From Camelus ferus (taxonomy: Eukaryota): a stretch of DNA of 64,000 bases. The first letter of the stretch is position 1; the number at the start of each line of letters is the position of its first letter. This document shows positions 40,101 through 54,900 of this stretch, piece by piece. The notes under the pieces are model-generated. The model did not search any database, had not been told where the DNA came from, and saw nothing but the letters and a program-made list of their open reading frames with translations. The stretch spans positions 119,848,001 through 119,912,000 of the forward strand of contig NC_045697.1 in the NCBI RefSeq assembly GCF_009834535.1, written 5' to 3'. A program made the position numbers and the translations under genes.

Positions 40101-43100
40101 AGCCAATTCCCCAGATTTCACTCTCAGCCCGGACTCGGAAAACAGTCAGGGAAGGAAAGCTACAAGTTCTATTAGAACCCAGGCGATCCTGACAGTTGTA
40201 GAAACCTCAACATACTAAGGAAAACAGAATACACCTTTGTGTGTGTGATTTAGTAGGAAAACACACTAAAGGCATGTTTCTGGGGTGAAGGTGTTCCCAG
40301 GATAGGAGATGTTGGCTAATTACCTCCACTGCCCATGGGGAAGCACTCTCTTCACTTCGATTTCCAGCCCTAGTCCTAGCATTCCCTTGCAGCCCGACTG
40401 TGGAAATCATCCAGGGATTAAAAATCTAAGACATTTTGTCAGAAACAGGGCGCGGCTCTCTGTTGGAGGTACCTCCAAACACTCACGATTCCGGAACACG
40501 GCTTTGTTGGGGGGAGTGGTGAAGCCCCACTGCACACTCACTGCTGGGGGCACATGATTTTCCCTGTTTGGGTGAAGTCTGCTAATTACATCCACAGTCC
40601 ATCTAGGGGCACTCGCTGCTACTTGGATTTCTATAACAACCCCCAGCTTTCCCTCACAGCCCGGCCTGGGTAAACACTCAGGGATAAAATGCTATTGGTT
40701 GTATTGGAACCCAGGCGCTACCTAACGTTTTAGGAAACATCCCACACCTAGGATAACATAAGAAATCTTTCTGGGTCTGATGGAGTTGTGTAAACAAACT
40801 CCACGCACGTTTTGTTGGGCACAGGTGTTCCAAGGCTGTGGGACGTCGGAAAAATACGTCACAATTTCATGGGTTGTAACATGCAACTTCTACGTATTTC
40901 AGCCAAACCCACAGCTTTACCTCGCAACCAGGCCTGTGAAAACAATCATGGAAAAGAAAATACTGGTGCTATTATATCCCAGGCGCTGTTCACATATGTA
41001 GAAACCTCCCCACACTCAGGATAGCGGAACACATCTTTGTGTGTATGATGGTTTAGGAAAATACACTCCAGGCATTTATGTGGGTGTACAGCTTTTCCCA
41101 GGTTTGGAGATTTCGCCTAGTTATCTCCACTGCCAATGGGTAGGCACTCTCTAGTTCTTCGCTTTCCAGACCAACTCCCAAATATTCATTGCAGCCCGGC
41201 CTAAGATAACACCTAGAAATGACAATTTTAGTGATTCTATCAGAACACCGTTGCTGCTGTCGGTTTGAGGTACCCAACACACTCAAAATTCCGGAAAACG
41301 GCTTTCCTTGGGGGAGGTGTGGAGCCCCAAACCTCACAGATGCCTGGGGGCACAGGAATTCCCTGTTTATGAGAAGTCCGCTATTTACCTCTACAGTCAA
41401 TCTCTAGGCACTTGTTGCTACTTGGCTTTCCAGCCGAAACCCCAACTTTCCCTCGAAGCCCGCCCTGGAAGACACTCAGAAGAAATAAGCAAGTGGTTCT
41501 AATGGAACACAGGCACTGCAGACCGTTGTAGGTACCACCGCACACGCAGGATAACAGAACATATTTTTGTGTCTGATTGAGATGGTAAAACCTCCACGCA
41601 TGTTTCAGGGGGTACAGGTGTTCCTAGGTTGTGGGAGGTCAGATACTTCCCACTACAGCCCATGGGGAGGAAATCGCTCATGCTTGGCTTTCCAGCCCAT
41701 CCCCAGTTTCCCTTGCAAACCAGCCTGAGAGAACACTCAGACAATGTAGCTTAATTTTTAATTAGAACCCAGGCGCTGCTGACAGTTGTAGAAACCTCCC
41801 AATACACAGGGTAACAGAACACTTCTTTTTGTGTTTTATGTAGTAGTAAAACACACTCCATGCATGTATCTGGGGTGCAGGTTTAACCAGGTTGGGAGAC
41901 GTTGACTAAGTATCTCCAGAGTCCATGGGGAGGCACTCGGTTTTTCTTGGTTTTCCAGCCCTACTCCCAGATTTCCCTTGCAGCCCGGGTTAGGAAAACA
42001 CCCAGGGATGACAGACTAAGTGATTCTTTCAGAACCCTGGCGCTGATGTGAGTTTGAGGGACCTCCAAACACACAGGATTCCCAAACACGGCTTTGCTTG
42101 TGTGAGTTTTGATCCCCACACCACACACAAGGCTGGGGGCACAAGTTTTTCCCTGTTAGGGAGAAGTCCGCTAATTACCTGAACAGTCCATCTCGGGGCA
42201 CTCCCTGTTACTTGGATTTCCATTCCAACCCCAATGTTTCCCTTGCAGCCCGGCCTGGGTTAACACACAGGGAAAAAAAACTAGTGGTGCTATTAGAACC
42301 CATGCGCTGCTGACAATTCTGGAAACCTTCGAACACTCAGGATAACAGAACACATCTTTCTGTGTGTGATGGAGTAGGAAAACACACGCCAGGCATTTTT
42401 CTGGGGATCCAGGTTTTCCCAGGTTGGGAGATGTCAGCAAGTTTCCTTTGCTGCTCATGGGGAGTCACTGTCTTCTTCTTCGTTTTCAAGCCCATCTCCC
42501 AGCTTTCCCTTGTAGCCCGGACTAGTGAAACACCCATGGATGAAAAATAAATGATTATATCAGTACCCAGGCGTTGCTCTCTGTTGGAGGATCCTCCACA
42601 CCCTCAGGATTCTGGAACAAGACATTGCATGTTGGGAGTTGTGGAGCCCCAATACACGCAGAAGGATGGGGTAACAGATTTGTCACTGTTAGGGAGAAGT
42701 CCGCTAATTACCTACACAGTGCGTCTTGGGGCACTCGCTGCTTCTTGGGTTTTCAGCCAATCCCCCAGAATTCACTCGCAGCCCGGCCTTTGAAAACACT
42801 CAGGGCAAGTAAGCTAGGCTTCTATAAGAACCCAGATGCTGCAGACAGTTGTAGGAAACTCCTCAAACTCAGGATAACAGTACAATTCGTTGAGTGTCTG
42901 ATAGAGATGGGTAAACTAAATTCACGCATGTTTCAGGTTGTTCAGGCGTTCTTAGGTTGTGGAAGTTCGTATAATTCCCTGCACAGTCCATGGAGAGGCC
43001 CTTGTAGTTGCTTGGATTTCCAGCCCTACCCCCAGCATTTCCTCGCAGCTCGGCCTGGGAAAATCTCAGGGAATAAAAGCTACAGGTTCTGTTAGAACAA

Positions 43101-46100
43101 TCTTGCTCCTGAAAGTTGTAGAAACCTCCCCAAACTAAGAAAAAGAGAACACTACTTTGTGTGTGTGATGGAGTAGGAAAACACACTAAAGGCATGTTTC
43201 TGGGGTGCAGGTGTTCCCAGGAAGGGAGATTTTGGCTAATTACCTCCACTGCCCATGGGGAGGCACTCTGATTTTCTTCGTTTTCCAGCCCTACTCCCAG
43301 CATTCCATTGCTGCACGGGGTAGGAAAACACCCAGGGATGACAAACTAATTAATACTATCAGAAACCCGGCGCTGCCGTCTGTTGCAGGAACCTCTACAC
43401 ACACAGGATTCCCAAACACGGCTTTGACTGGGGAGTTGTGAAGTCCCACTCCACACACATGGCTGGGGGCACAAGTATTTCCCTTTTATTGAGAAGTCAG
43501 TTAATTACCTCCACAGTGCATCTTGGGGCACTCGCTGCTTCTTGGCTTCTCAGCCAATTCCCCAGATTTCACTCTCAGCCCGGTCTCGGAAAACACTCAG
43601 GGAAGGAAAGCTACAAGTTCTATTAGAACCCAGGCGATCCTGACAGTTGTAGAAAACTCAACATACTAAGGAAAACAGAATACTCCTTTGTGTGTGTGAT
43701 GGAGTAGGAAAACACACTAAAGGCATGTTTATGGGTTGCAGGTGTTCCCAGGATGGGAGATGTTGGCTAATTACCTCCACTGCCCATGGGGAAGCACTCT
43801 CTTCACTTCGATTTCCAGCCCTAATCCTAGCATACCCTTGCAGCCCGACCGTGGGAAACACCCAGGGATTAAAAATCTAAGACATTCTGTCAGAACCATG
43901 GAGCTGCTGTCTGTTGGAGGAACCTCCAAACACTCACGATTCTGGAACACGGCTTTGTTGGGGGGAGTGGTGAATCCGCACTGCACACTCACTGCTGGGG
44001 GCACATGATATTCCCTGTTAGGGTGAAGTCTGCTAATTACATCCACAATCCATCTAGGGGCACTCGCTGCTACTTGGCTTTCCATACCAACCCCCAGCTT
44101 TCCCTCACAGCCCGGCCTGGGTAAACACTCAGGGATAATATGCTATTGGTTGTATTGGAACCCAGGTGCTACCTACCGTTGTAGGAAACATCCCACACCT
44201 AGGATAACAGAAGAAATTTTTGAGGGTCTGTTGGAGATGTGTAAACAAGCTCCACTCATGTTTCTGGGGGCACAGGTGTTCCAAGGCTGTGGGACGTCGG
44301 AAAAATACCTCACAATTTCATGGGGAGTAACATGCAACTTCTACGAATTTCAGCCCAACCCACAGCTTTACCTCGCAGTCAGGCCTGTGAAAACAATCAC
44401 GGATAAGGAAATACTGGTGCTATTATATCCCAGGCGCTGTTCATAGTTGTAGAAACCTCCCCACACTCAGGATATTGGAACACATCTTTGTGTGTATGAT
44501 GGTATAGGAAAATACACTCCAGGCATGTTTCTGGGGGTACATCTGTTCCCAGGTTTGGAGATGTCGCCTAATTAACTCCACTGCCAATTGGGAGGCACTC
44601 TCTACTTCTTCGCTTTCCAGACAAACTCCAACATATCCATTGCAGTCCGGCCTAAGAAAACACCTAGATATGACAATATTAGTCATTTTATCAGAACCAC
44701 GGCGCTGCTGTCGGTAGGAGGTTCCCAACACACTCAAAATTCCGGAACACGGCTTTGCTTGGTGGAGGTGTGGAGCCTCACACCACACAGATGACTGGGG
44801 GCACAGGAATTCCCTGTTTATGAGAAGTCCGCTAATTACCTCTACAGTCAATCTCTAGGCACTTGTTGCTACTTGGCTTTCCAGCCGAACCCACAGATTT
44901 CCCTCGCAGCCCGCCCTGGAAGACACTCAGAAGAAATATGCTAGTGGTTCTAATGGAACACAGGCACTGCAGACCGTTGTAGGAACCATCGCACACGCAG
45001 GATAACAGAACATATTTTTGTTTATGATTGAGATGGTAAAATCTCCAAGCATGTTTCAGGGGGTACAGGTATTCCTAGGTTGTGGGAGGTCAGATACTTC
45101 CCACTACTGCCCATGGGGAGGAAATCGCTCCTGCTTGGCTTTCCAGCCCATTCCCAGTTTCCCTTGCAACCCAGCCTGAGAGAACACTCAGAAAATGTTG
45201 CTTAATTTTTAATTAGAACCCAGGCGCTTCTGACAGTTGTAGAAACCTCCCAATACACAGGGTAACAGAACACTTCTTTGTGTGTGTTATGTAGTAGGAA
45301 AACACACTCCATGCATGTTTCTGGGGTGCAGGTTTAACCAGGTTGGGAGACGTTGGCTAATTATCTCCAGAGTCCATGTGGAGGCACTCTGTTTTTCTTC
45401 GTTTTCCAGCCCTACTCCCAGCATTCCCTTGCAGCCCGGGATAGGAAAACACCCAGGGATGACAGACTAAGTACTTCTATCAGAACCCTGGCGCTGCTTT
45501 CTTTTGGAGGGACTTTCAAACACACAGGATTCCCAAACACGGCTTTGCTTGTGTGAGTTGTGAATCCCCACAGCACACACATGGCTGGGGGCACAAGTTT
45601 TTACCTGTTAGGGAGAAGTCCGCTAATTACCTGAACAGTCCATCTCGGGGCACTCCCTGCTACATGGATTTCCAGCCCAACCCCCAGGTTTCCCTTGCAG
45701 CCCGGCCTGGGGTAACACACAAGTAAAAGAACTACTGGTGCTATAAGAACCCATGCGCTGCTGAGAATTGTGGAAATCTTCGAACACTCAGGATAACAGA
45801 ACAAATCTTTCTGTGTGTGATGTAGTAGAAAAACACATGCCAGGCATTTTTTTGGGGATCCAGGTTTTCCCAGGTTGGGAGATGTCGGCTACATTCCTTC
45901 GCTGCTCATGGGCAGTCACTGACTTCTTCTTCGATTTCAAGTCCAACTCCCAGCTTTCCCTAGTAGCCCGGACTAGTGAAACACCCAGGGATGAAAAATA
46001 ATGTTTCTATCAGTACCCCGGCATTGCTGTGTGTTGGATGATCCTCCAAACCCTCAGGATTCTGGAACAAGACATTGCATGTTGGGAGTTGTGGAGCCCC

Positions 46101-49100
46101 AATCCACGCAGAAGGATGGGGTAACAGATTTGTCACTGTTAGGGAGAAGTCCGCTAATTACCTCCACAGTGCGTCTTGGGGCACTCGCTGCTTCTTGGCT
46201 TTTCAGCCAATCCCCCAGAATTCACTCGCAGCCCGGCCTTTGAAAACACTCAGGGCAATTAAGCTAAGGTTCTACAGGAACCCAAGTGCTGCAGACAGTT
46301 GTAGGAACCTCCCCACACTCAGGATAAAAGAACAATTCTTTGAGTGTCTGATAGAGATGGGTAAACTAACTCCACGGTTGTTTCAGGTGGTACAGGCGAT
46401 TTTAGGTTGTGGAAATTCGTATAATTACTTCCAAAGTCCATGGGGTGGCCCTTGCATTTGCTTGGATTTCCAGCCCTACCCCCAGCATTTCCTCGCAGCC
46501 CGGCCTGGGAAAAACTCAGGGAATAAAAGCTACAGGTTCTGTTAGAACAATCTTGCTCCTGAAAGTTGTAGAAACCTCCCCAAACTAAGAAAAAGAGAAC
46601 ACTACTTTGTGTGTGTGATGGAGTAGGAAAACACACTAAAGGCATGTTTCTGGGGTGCAGGTGTTCCCAGGAAGGGAGATTTTGGCTAATTACCTCCACT
46701 GCCCATGGGGAGGCACTCTGATTTTCTTCGTTTTCCAGCCCTACTCCCAGCATTCCATTGCTGCACGGGGTAGGAATACACCCAGGGATGACAAACTAAG
46801 TAATTACTATCAGAACCACGGCGCTGCCTGTCTGTTGCAGGAACCTCTACACACACAGGATTCCCCAAACACGGCTTTGATTGGGGAGTTGTGAAGTCCC
46901 CACTCCACACACATGGCTGGGGGCACAAGTATTTCCCTTTTATTGAGAAGTCAGTTAATTACCTCCACAGTGCATCTTGGGGCACTCGCTGCTTCTTGGC
47001 TTCTCAGCCAATTCCCCAGATTTCACTCTCAGCCCGGTCTCGGAAAACACTCAGGGAAGGAAAGCTACAAGTTCTATTAGAACCCAGGCGATCCTGACAG
47101 TTGTAGAAAACTCAACATACTAAGGAAAACAGAATACTCCTTTGTGTGTGTGATGGAGTAGGAAAACACACTAAAGGCATGTTTATGGGTTGCAGGTGTT
47201 CCCAGGATGGGAGATGTTGGCTAATTACCTCCACTGCCCATGGGGAAGCACTCTCTTCACTTCGATTTCCAGCCCTAATCCTAGCATACCCTTGCAGCCC
47301 GACCGTGGGAAACACCCAGGGATTAAAAATCTAAGACATTCTGTCAGAACCATGGAGCTGCTGTCTGTTGGAGGAACCTCCAAACACTCACGATTCCGGA
47401 ACACGGCTTTGTTGGGGGGAGTGGTGAAGCCGCACTGCACACTCACTGCTGGGGGCACATGATATTCCCTGTTAGGGTGAAGTCTGCTAATTACATCCAC
47501 AATCCATCTAGGGGCACTCGCTGCTACTTGGCTTTCCATACCAACCCCCAGCTTTCCCTCACAGCCCGGCCTGGGTAAACACTCAGGGATAATATGCTAT
47601 TGGTTGTATTGGAACCCAGGTGCTACCTACCGTTGTAGGAAACATCCCACACCTAGGATAACAGAAGAAATTTTTGAGGGTCTGTTGGAGATGTGTAAAC
47701 AAGCTCCACTCATGTTTCTGGGGGCACAGGTGTTCCAAGGCTGTGGGACGTCGGAAAAATACCTCACAATTTCATGGGGAGTAACATGCAACTTCTACGA
47801 ATTTCAGCCCAACCCACAGCTTTACCTCGCAGTCAGGCCTGTGAAAACAATCACGGATAAGGAAATACTGGTGCTATTATATCCCAGGCGCTGTTCATAG
47901 TTGTAGAAACCTCCCCACACTCAGGATAGTGGAACACATCTTTGTGTGTATGATGGTATAGGAAAATACACTCCAGGCATGTTTCTGGGGGTACATCTGT
48001 TCCCAGGTTTGGAGATGTCGCCTAATTAACTCCACTGCCAATTGGGAGGCACTCTCTACTTCTTCGCTTTCCAGACAAACTCCAACATATCCCTTGCAGT
48101 CCGGCCTAAGAAAACACCTAGATATGACAATATTAGTCATTTTATCAGAACCACGGCGCTGCTGTCGGTAGGAGGTTCCCAACACACTCAAAATTCCGGA
48201 ACACGGCTTTGCTTGGTGGAGGTGTGGAGCCTCACACCACACAGATGACTGGGGGCACAGGAATTCCCTGTTTATGAGAAGTCCGCTAATTACCTCTACA
48301 GTCAATCTCTAGGCACTTGTTGCTACTTGGCTTTCCAGCCGAACCCACAGATTTCCCTCGCAGCCCGCCCTGGAAGACACTCAGAAGAAATATGCTAGTG
48401 GTTCTAATGGAACACAGGCACTGCAGACCGTTGTAGGAACCACCGCACACGCAGGATAACAGAACATATTTTTGTTTATGATTGAGATGGTAAAATCTCC
48501 AAGCATGTTTCAGGGGGTACAGGTATTCCTAGGTTGTGGGAGGTCAGATACTTCCCACTACTGCCCATGGGGAGGAAATCGCTCCTGCTTGGCTTTCCAG
48601 CCCATTCCCAGTTTCCCTTGCAACCCAGCCTGAGAGAACACTCAGAAAATGTTGCTTAATTTTTAATTAGAACCCAGGCGCTTCTGACAGTTGTAGAAAC
48701 CTCCCAATACACAGGGTAACAGAACACTTCTTTGTGTGTGTTATGTAGTAGGAAAACACACTCCATGCATGTTTCTGGGGTGCAGGTTTAACCAGGTTGG
48801 GAGACGTTGGCTAATTATCTCCAGAGTCCATGTGGAGGCACTCTGTTTTTCTTCGTTTTCCAGCCCTACTCCCAGCATTCCCTTGCAGCCCGGGATAGGA
48901 AAACACCCAGGGATGACAGACTAAGTACTTCTATCAGAACCCTGGCGCTGCTATCTTTTGGAGGGACTTCCAAACACACAGGATTCCCAAACACGGCTTT
49001 GCTTGTGTGAGTTGTGAATCCCCACAGCACACACATGGCTGGGGGCACAAGTTTTTACCTGTTAGGGAGAAGTCCGCTAATTACCTGAACAGTCCATCTC

Positions 49101-51858
49101 GGGGCACTCCCTGCTACATGGATTTCCAGCCCAACCCCCAGGTTTCCCTTGCAGCCCGGCCTGGGGTAACACACAAGTAAAAGAACTACTGGTGCTATAA
49201 GAACCCATGCGCTGCTGAGAATTGTGGAAATCTTCGAACACTCAGGATAACAGAACAAATCTTTCTGTGTGTGATGTAGTAGAAAAACACATGCCAGGCA
49301 TTTTTTTGGGGATCCAGGTTTTCCCAGGTTGGGAGATGTCGGCTACATTCCTTCGCTGCTCATGGGCAGTCACTGACTTCTTCTTCGATTTCAAGTCCAA
49401 CTCCCAGCTTTCCCTAGTAGCCCGGACTAGTGAAACACCCAGGGATGAAAAATAATGTTTCTATCAGTACCCCGGCATTGCTGTGTGTTGGATGATCCTC
49501 CAAACCCTCAGGATTCTGGAACAAGACATTGCATGTTGGGAGTTGTGGAGCCCCAATCCACGCAGAAGGATGGGGTAACAGATTTGTCACTGTTAGGGAG
49601 AAGTCCGCTAATTACCTCCACAGTGCGTCTTGGGGCACTCGCTGCTTCTTGGCTTTTCAGCCAATCCCCCAGAATTCACTCGCAGCCCGGCCTTTGAAAA
49701 CACTCAGGGCAATTAAGCTAAGGTTCTACAGGAACCCAAGTGCTGCAGACAGTTGTAGGAACCTCCCCACACTCAGGATAAAAGAACAATTCTTTGAGTG
49801 TCTGATAGAGATGGGTAAACTAACTCCACGGTTGTTTCAGGTGGTACAGGCGATTTTAGGTTGTGGAAATTCGTATAATTACCTCCACAGTCCATGGGGT
49901 GGCCCTTGCATTTGCTTGGATTTCCAGCCCTACCCCCAGCATTTCCTCGCAGCCCGGCCTGGGAAAAACTCAGGGAATAAAAGCTACAGGTTCTGTTAGA
50001 ACAATCTTGCTCCTGAAAGTTGTAGAAACCTCCCCAAACTAAGAAAAAGAGAACACTACTTTGTGTGTGTGATGGAGTAGGAAAACACACTAAAGGCATG
50101 TTTCTGGGGTGCAGGTGTTCCCAGGAAGGGAGATTTTGGCTAATTACCTCCACTGCCCATGGGGAGGCACTCTGATTTTCTTCGTTTTCCAGCCCTACTC
50201 CCAGCATTCCATTGCTGCACGGGGTAGGAAAACACCCAGGGATGACAAACTAATTAATACTATCAGAAACCCGGCGCTGCCGTCTGTTGCAGGAACCTCT
50301 ACACACACAGGATTCCCAAACACGGCTTTGACTGGGGAGTTGTGAAGTCCCACTCCACACACATGGCTGGGGGCACAAGTATTTCCCTGTTATTGAGAAG
50401 TCAGTTAATTACCTCCACAGTGCATCTTGGGGCACTCGCTGCTTCTTGGCTTCTCAGCCAATTCCCCAGATTTCACTCTCAGCCCGGTCTCGGAAAACAC
50501 TCAGGGAAGGAAAGCTACAAGTTCTATTAGAACCCAGGCGATCCTGACAGTTGTAGAAAACTCAACATACTAAGGAAAACAGAATACTCCTTTGTGTGTG
50601 TGATGGAGTAGGAAAACACACTAAAGGCATGTTTATGGGTTGCAGGTGTTCCCAGGATGGGAGATGTTGGCTAATTACCTCCACTGCCCATGGGGAAGCA
50701 CTCTCTTCACTTCGATTTCCAGCCCTAATCCTAGCATACCCTTGCAGCCCGACCGTGGGAAACACCCAGGGATTAAAAATCTAAGACATTCTGTCAGAAC
50801 CATGGAGCTGCTGTCTGTTGGAGGAACCTCCAAACACTCACGATTCCGGAACACGGCTTTGTTGGGGGGAGTGGTGAAGCCGCACTGCACACTCACTGCT
50901 GGGGGCACATGATATTCCCTGTTAGGGTGAAGTCTGCTAATTACATCCACAATCCATCTAGGGGCACTCGCTGCTACTTGGCTTTCCATACCAACCCCCA
51001 GCTTTCCCTCACAGCCCGGCCTGGGTAAACACTCAGGGATAATATGCTATTGGTTGTATTGGAACCCAGGTGCTACCTACCGTTGTAGGAAACATCCCAC
51101 ACCTAGGATAACAGAAGAAATTTTTGAGGGTCTGTTGGAGATGTGTAAACAAGCTCCACTCATGTTTCTGGGGGCACAGGTGTTCCAAGGCTGTGGGACG
51201 TCGGAAAAATACCTCACAATTTCATGGGGAGTAACATGCAACTTCTACGAATTTCAGCCCAACCCACAGCTTTACCTCGCAGTCAGGCCTGTGAAAACAA
51301 TCACGGATAAGGAAATACTGGTGCTATTATATCCCAGGCGCTGTTCATAGTTGTAGAAACCTCCCCACACTCAGGATAGTGGAACACATCTTTGTGTGTA
51401 TGATGGTATAGGAAAATACACTCCAGGCATGTTTCTGGGGTACATCTGTTCCCAGGTTTGGAGATGTCGCCTAATTAACTCCACTGCCAATTGGGAGGCA
51501 CTCTCTACTTCTTCGCTTTCCAGACAAACTCCAACATATCCCTTGCAGTCCGGCCTAAGAAAACACCTAGATATGACAATATTAGTCATTTTATCAGAAC
51601 CACGGCGCTGCTGTCGGTAGGAGGTTCCCAACACACTCAAAATTCCGGAACACGGCTTTGCTTGGTGGAGGTGTGGAGCCTCACACCACACAGATGACTG
51701 GGGGCACAGGAATTCCCTGTTTATGAGAAGTCCGCTAATTACCTCTACAGTCAATCTCTAGGCACTTGTTGCTACTTGGCTTTCCAGCCGAACCCACAGA
51801 TTTCCCTCGCAGCCCGCCCTGGAAGACACTCAGAAGAAATATGCTAGTGGTTCTAATG

Positions 51859-51929
51859 GAACACAGGCACTTCCCTTGCAGCCCGGGATAGGAAAACACC
51901 CAGGGATGACAGACTAAGTACTTCTATCA
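51859..51929. other. Truncated ~71-bp fusion monomer at a 456-bp deletion junction
   Basis: The sequence reads aacacaggcac|t|tcccttgcagcccgggatagg. The left side matches 48411-48422 and the right side matches 48878 onward in the intact copy. Confidence 0.9.
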
Positions 51930-54900
51930 GAACCCTGGCGCTGCTATCTTTTGGAGGGACTTCCAAACACACAGGATTCCCAAACACGGCTTTGCTTGTG
52001 TGAGTTGTGAATCCCCACAGCACACACATGGCTGGGGGCACAAGTTTTTACCTGTTAGGGAGAAGTCCGCTAATTACCTGAACAGTCCATCTCGGGGCAC
52101 TCCCTGCTACATGGATTTCCAGCCCAACCCCCAGGTTTCCCTTGCAGCCCGGCCTGGGGTAACACACAAGTAAAAGAACTACTGGTGCTATAAGAACCCA
52201 TGCGCTGCTGAGAATTGTGGAAATCTTCGAACACTCAGGATAACAGAACAAATCTTTCTGTGTGTGATGTAGTAGAAAAACACATGCCAGGCATTTTTTT
52301 GGGGATCCAGGTTTTCCCAGGTTGGGAGATGTCGGCTACATTCCTTCGCTGCTCATGGGCAGTCACTGACTTCTTCTTCGATTTCAAGTCCAACTCCCAG
52401 CTTTCCCTAGTAGCCCGGACTAGTGAAACACCCAGGGATGAAAAATAATGTTTCTATCAGTACCCCGGCATTGCTGTGTGTTGGATGATCCTCCAAACCC
52501 TCAGGATTCTGGAACAAGACATTGCATGTTGGGAGTTGTGGAGCCCCAATCCACGCAGAAGGATGGGGTAACAGATTTGTCACTGTTAGGGAGAAGTCCG
52601 CTAATTACCTCCACAGTGCGTCTTGGGGCACTCGCTGCTTCTTGGCTTTTCAGCCAATCCCCCAGAATTCACTCGCAGCCCGGCCTTTGAAAACACTCAG
52701 GGCAATTAAGCTAAGGTTCTACAGGAACCCAAGTGCTGCAGACAGTTGTAGGAACCTCCCCACACTCAGGATAAAAGAACAATTCTTTGAGTGTCTGATA
52801 GAGATGGGTAAACTAACTCCACGGTTGTTTCAGGTGGTACAGGCGATTTTAGGTTGTGGAAATTCGTATAATTACCTCCACAGTCCATGGGGTGGCCCTT
52901 GCATTTGCTTGGATTTCCAGCCCTACCCCCAGCATTTCCTCGCAGCCCGGCCTGGGAAAAACTCAGGGAATAAAAGCTACAGGTTCTGTTAGAACAATCT
53001 TGCTCCTGAAAGTTGTAGAAACCTCCCCAAACTAAGAAAAAGAGAACACTACTTTGTGTGTGTGATGGAGTAGGAAAACACACTAAAGGCATGTTTCTGG
53101 GGTGCAGGTGTTCCCAGGAAGGGAGATTTTGGCTAATTACCTCCACTGCCCATGGGGAGGCACTCTGATTTTCTTCGTTTTCCAGCCCTACTCCCAGCAT
53201 TCCATTGCTGCACGGGGTAGGAAAACACCCAGGGATGACAAACTAATTAATACTATCAGAAACCCGGCGCTGCCGTCTGTTGCAGGAACCTCTACACACA
53301 CAGGATTCCCAAACACGGCTTTGACTTGGGGAGTTGTGAAGTCCCACTCCACACACATGGCTGGGGGCACAAGTATTTCCCTTTTATTGAGAAGTCAGTT
53401 AATTACCTCCACAGTGCATCTTGGGGCACTCGCTGCTTCTTGGCTTCTCAGCCAATTCCCCAGATTTCACTCTCAGCCCGGTCTCGGAAAACACTCAGGG
53501 AAGGAAAGCTACAAGTTCTATTAGAACCCAGGCGATCCTGACAGTTGTAGAAAACTCAACATACTAAGGAAAACAGAATACTCCTTTGTGTGTGTGATGG
53601 AGTAGGAAAACACACTAAAGGCATGTTTATGGGTTGCAGGTGTTCCCAGGATGGGAGATGTTGGCTAATTACCTCCACTGCCCATGGGGAAGCACTCTCT
53701 TCACTTCGATTTCCAGCCCTAATCCTAGCATACCCTTGCAGCCCGACCGTGGGAAACACCCAGGGATTAAAAATCTAAGACATTCTGTCAGAACCATGGA
53801 GCTGCTGTCTGTTGGAGGAACCTCCAAACACTCACGATTCCGGAACACGGCTTTGTTGGGGGGAGTGGTGAAGCCGCACTGCACACTCACTGCTGGGGGC
53901 ACATGATATTCCCTGTTAGGGTGAAGTCTGCTAATTACATCCACAATCCATCTAGGGGCACTCGCTGCTACTTGGCTTTCCATACCAACCCCCAGCTTTC
54001 CCTCACAGCCCGGCCTGGGTAAACACTCAGGGATAATATGCTATTGGTTGTATTGGAACCCAGGTGCTACCTACCGTTGTAGGAAACATCCCACACCTAG
54101 GATAACAGAAGAAATTTTTGAGGGTCTGTTGGAGATGTGTAAACAAGCTCCACTCATGTTTCTGGGGGCACAGGTGTTCCAAGGCTGTGGGACGTCGGAA
54201 AAATACCTCACAATTTCATGGGGAGTAACATGCAACTTCTACGAATTTCAGCCCAACCCACAGCTTTACCTCGCAGTCAGGCCTGTGAAAACAATCACGG
54301 ATAAGGAAATACTGGTGCTATTATATCCCAGGCGCTGTTCATAGTTGTAGAAACCTCCCCACACTCAGGATAGTGGAACACATCTTTGTGTGTATGATGG
54401 TATAGGAAAATACACTCCAGGCATGTTTCTGGGGGTACATCTGTTCCCAGGTTTGGAGATGTCGCCTAATTAACTCCACTGCCAATTGGGAGGCACTCTC
54501 TACTTCTTCGCTTTCCAGACAAACTCCAACATATCCCTTGCAGTCCGGCCTAAGAAAACACCTAGATATGACAATATTAGTCATTTTATCAGAACCACGG
54601 CGCTGCTGTCGGTAGGAGGTTCCCAACACACTCAAAATTCCGGAACACGGCTTTGCTTGGTGGAGGTGTGGAGCCTCACACCACACAGATGACTGGGGGC
54701 ACAGGAATTCCCTGTTTATGAGAAGTCCGCTAATTACCTCTACAGTCAATCTCTAGGCACTTGTTGCTACTTGGCTTTCCAGCCGAACCCACAGATTTCC
54801 CTCGCAGCCCGCCCTGGAAGACACTCAGAAGAAATATGCTAGTGGTTCTAATGGAACACAGGCACTGCAGACCGTTGTAGGAACCACCGCACACGCAGGA

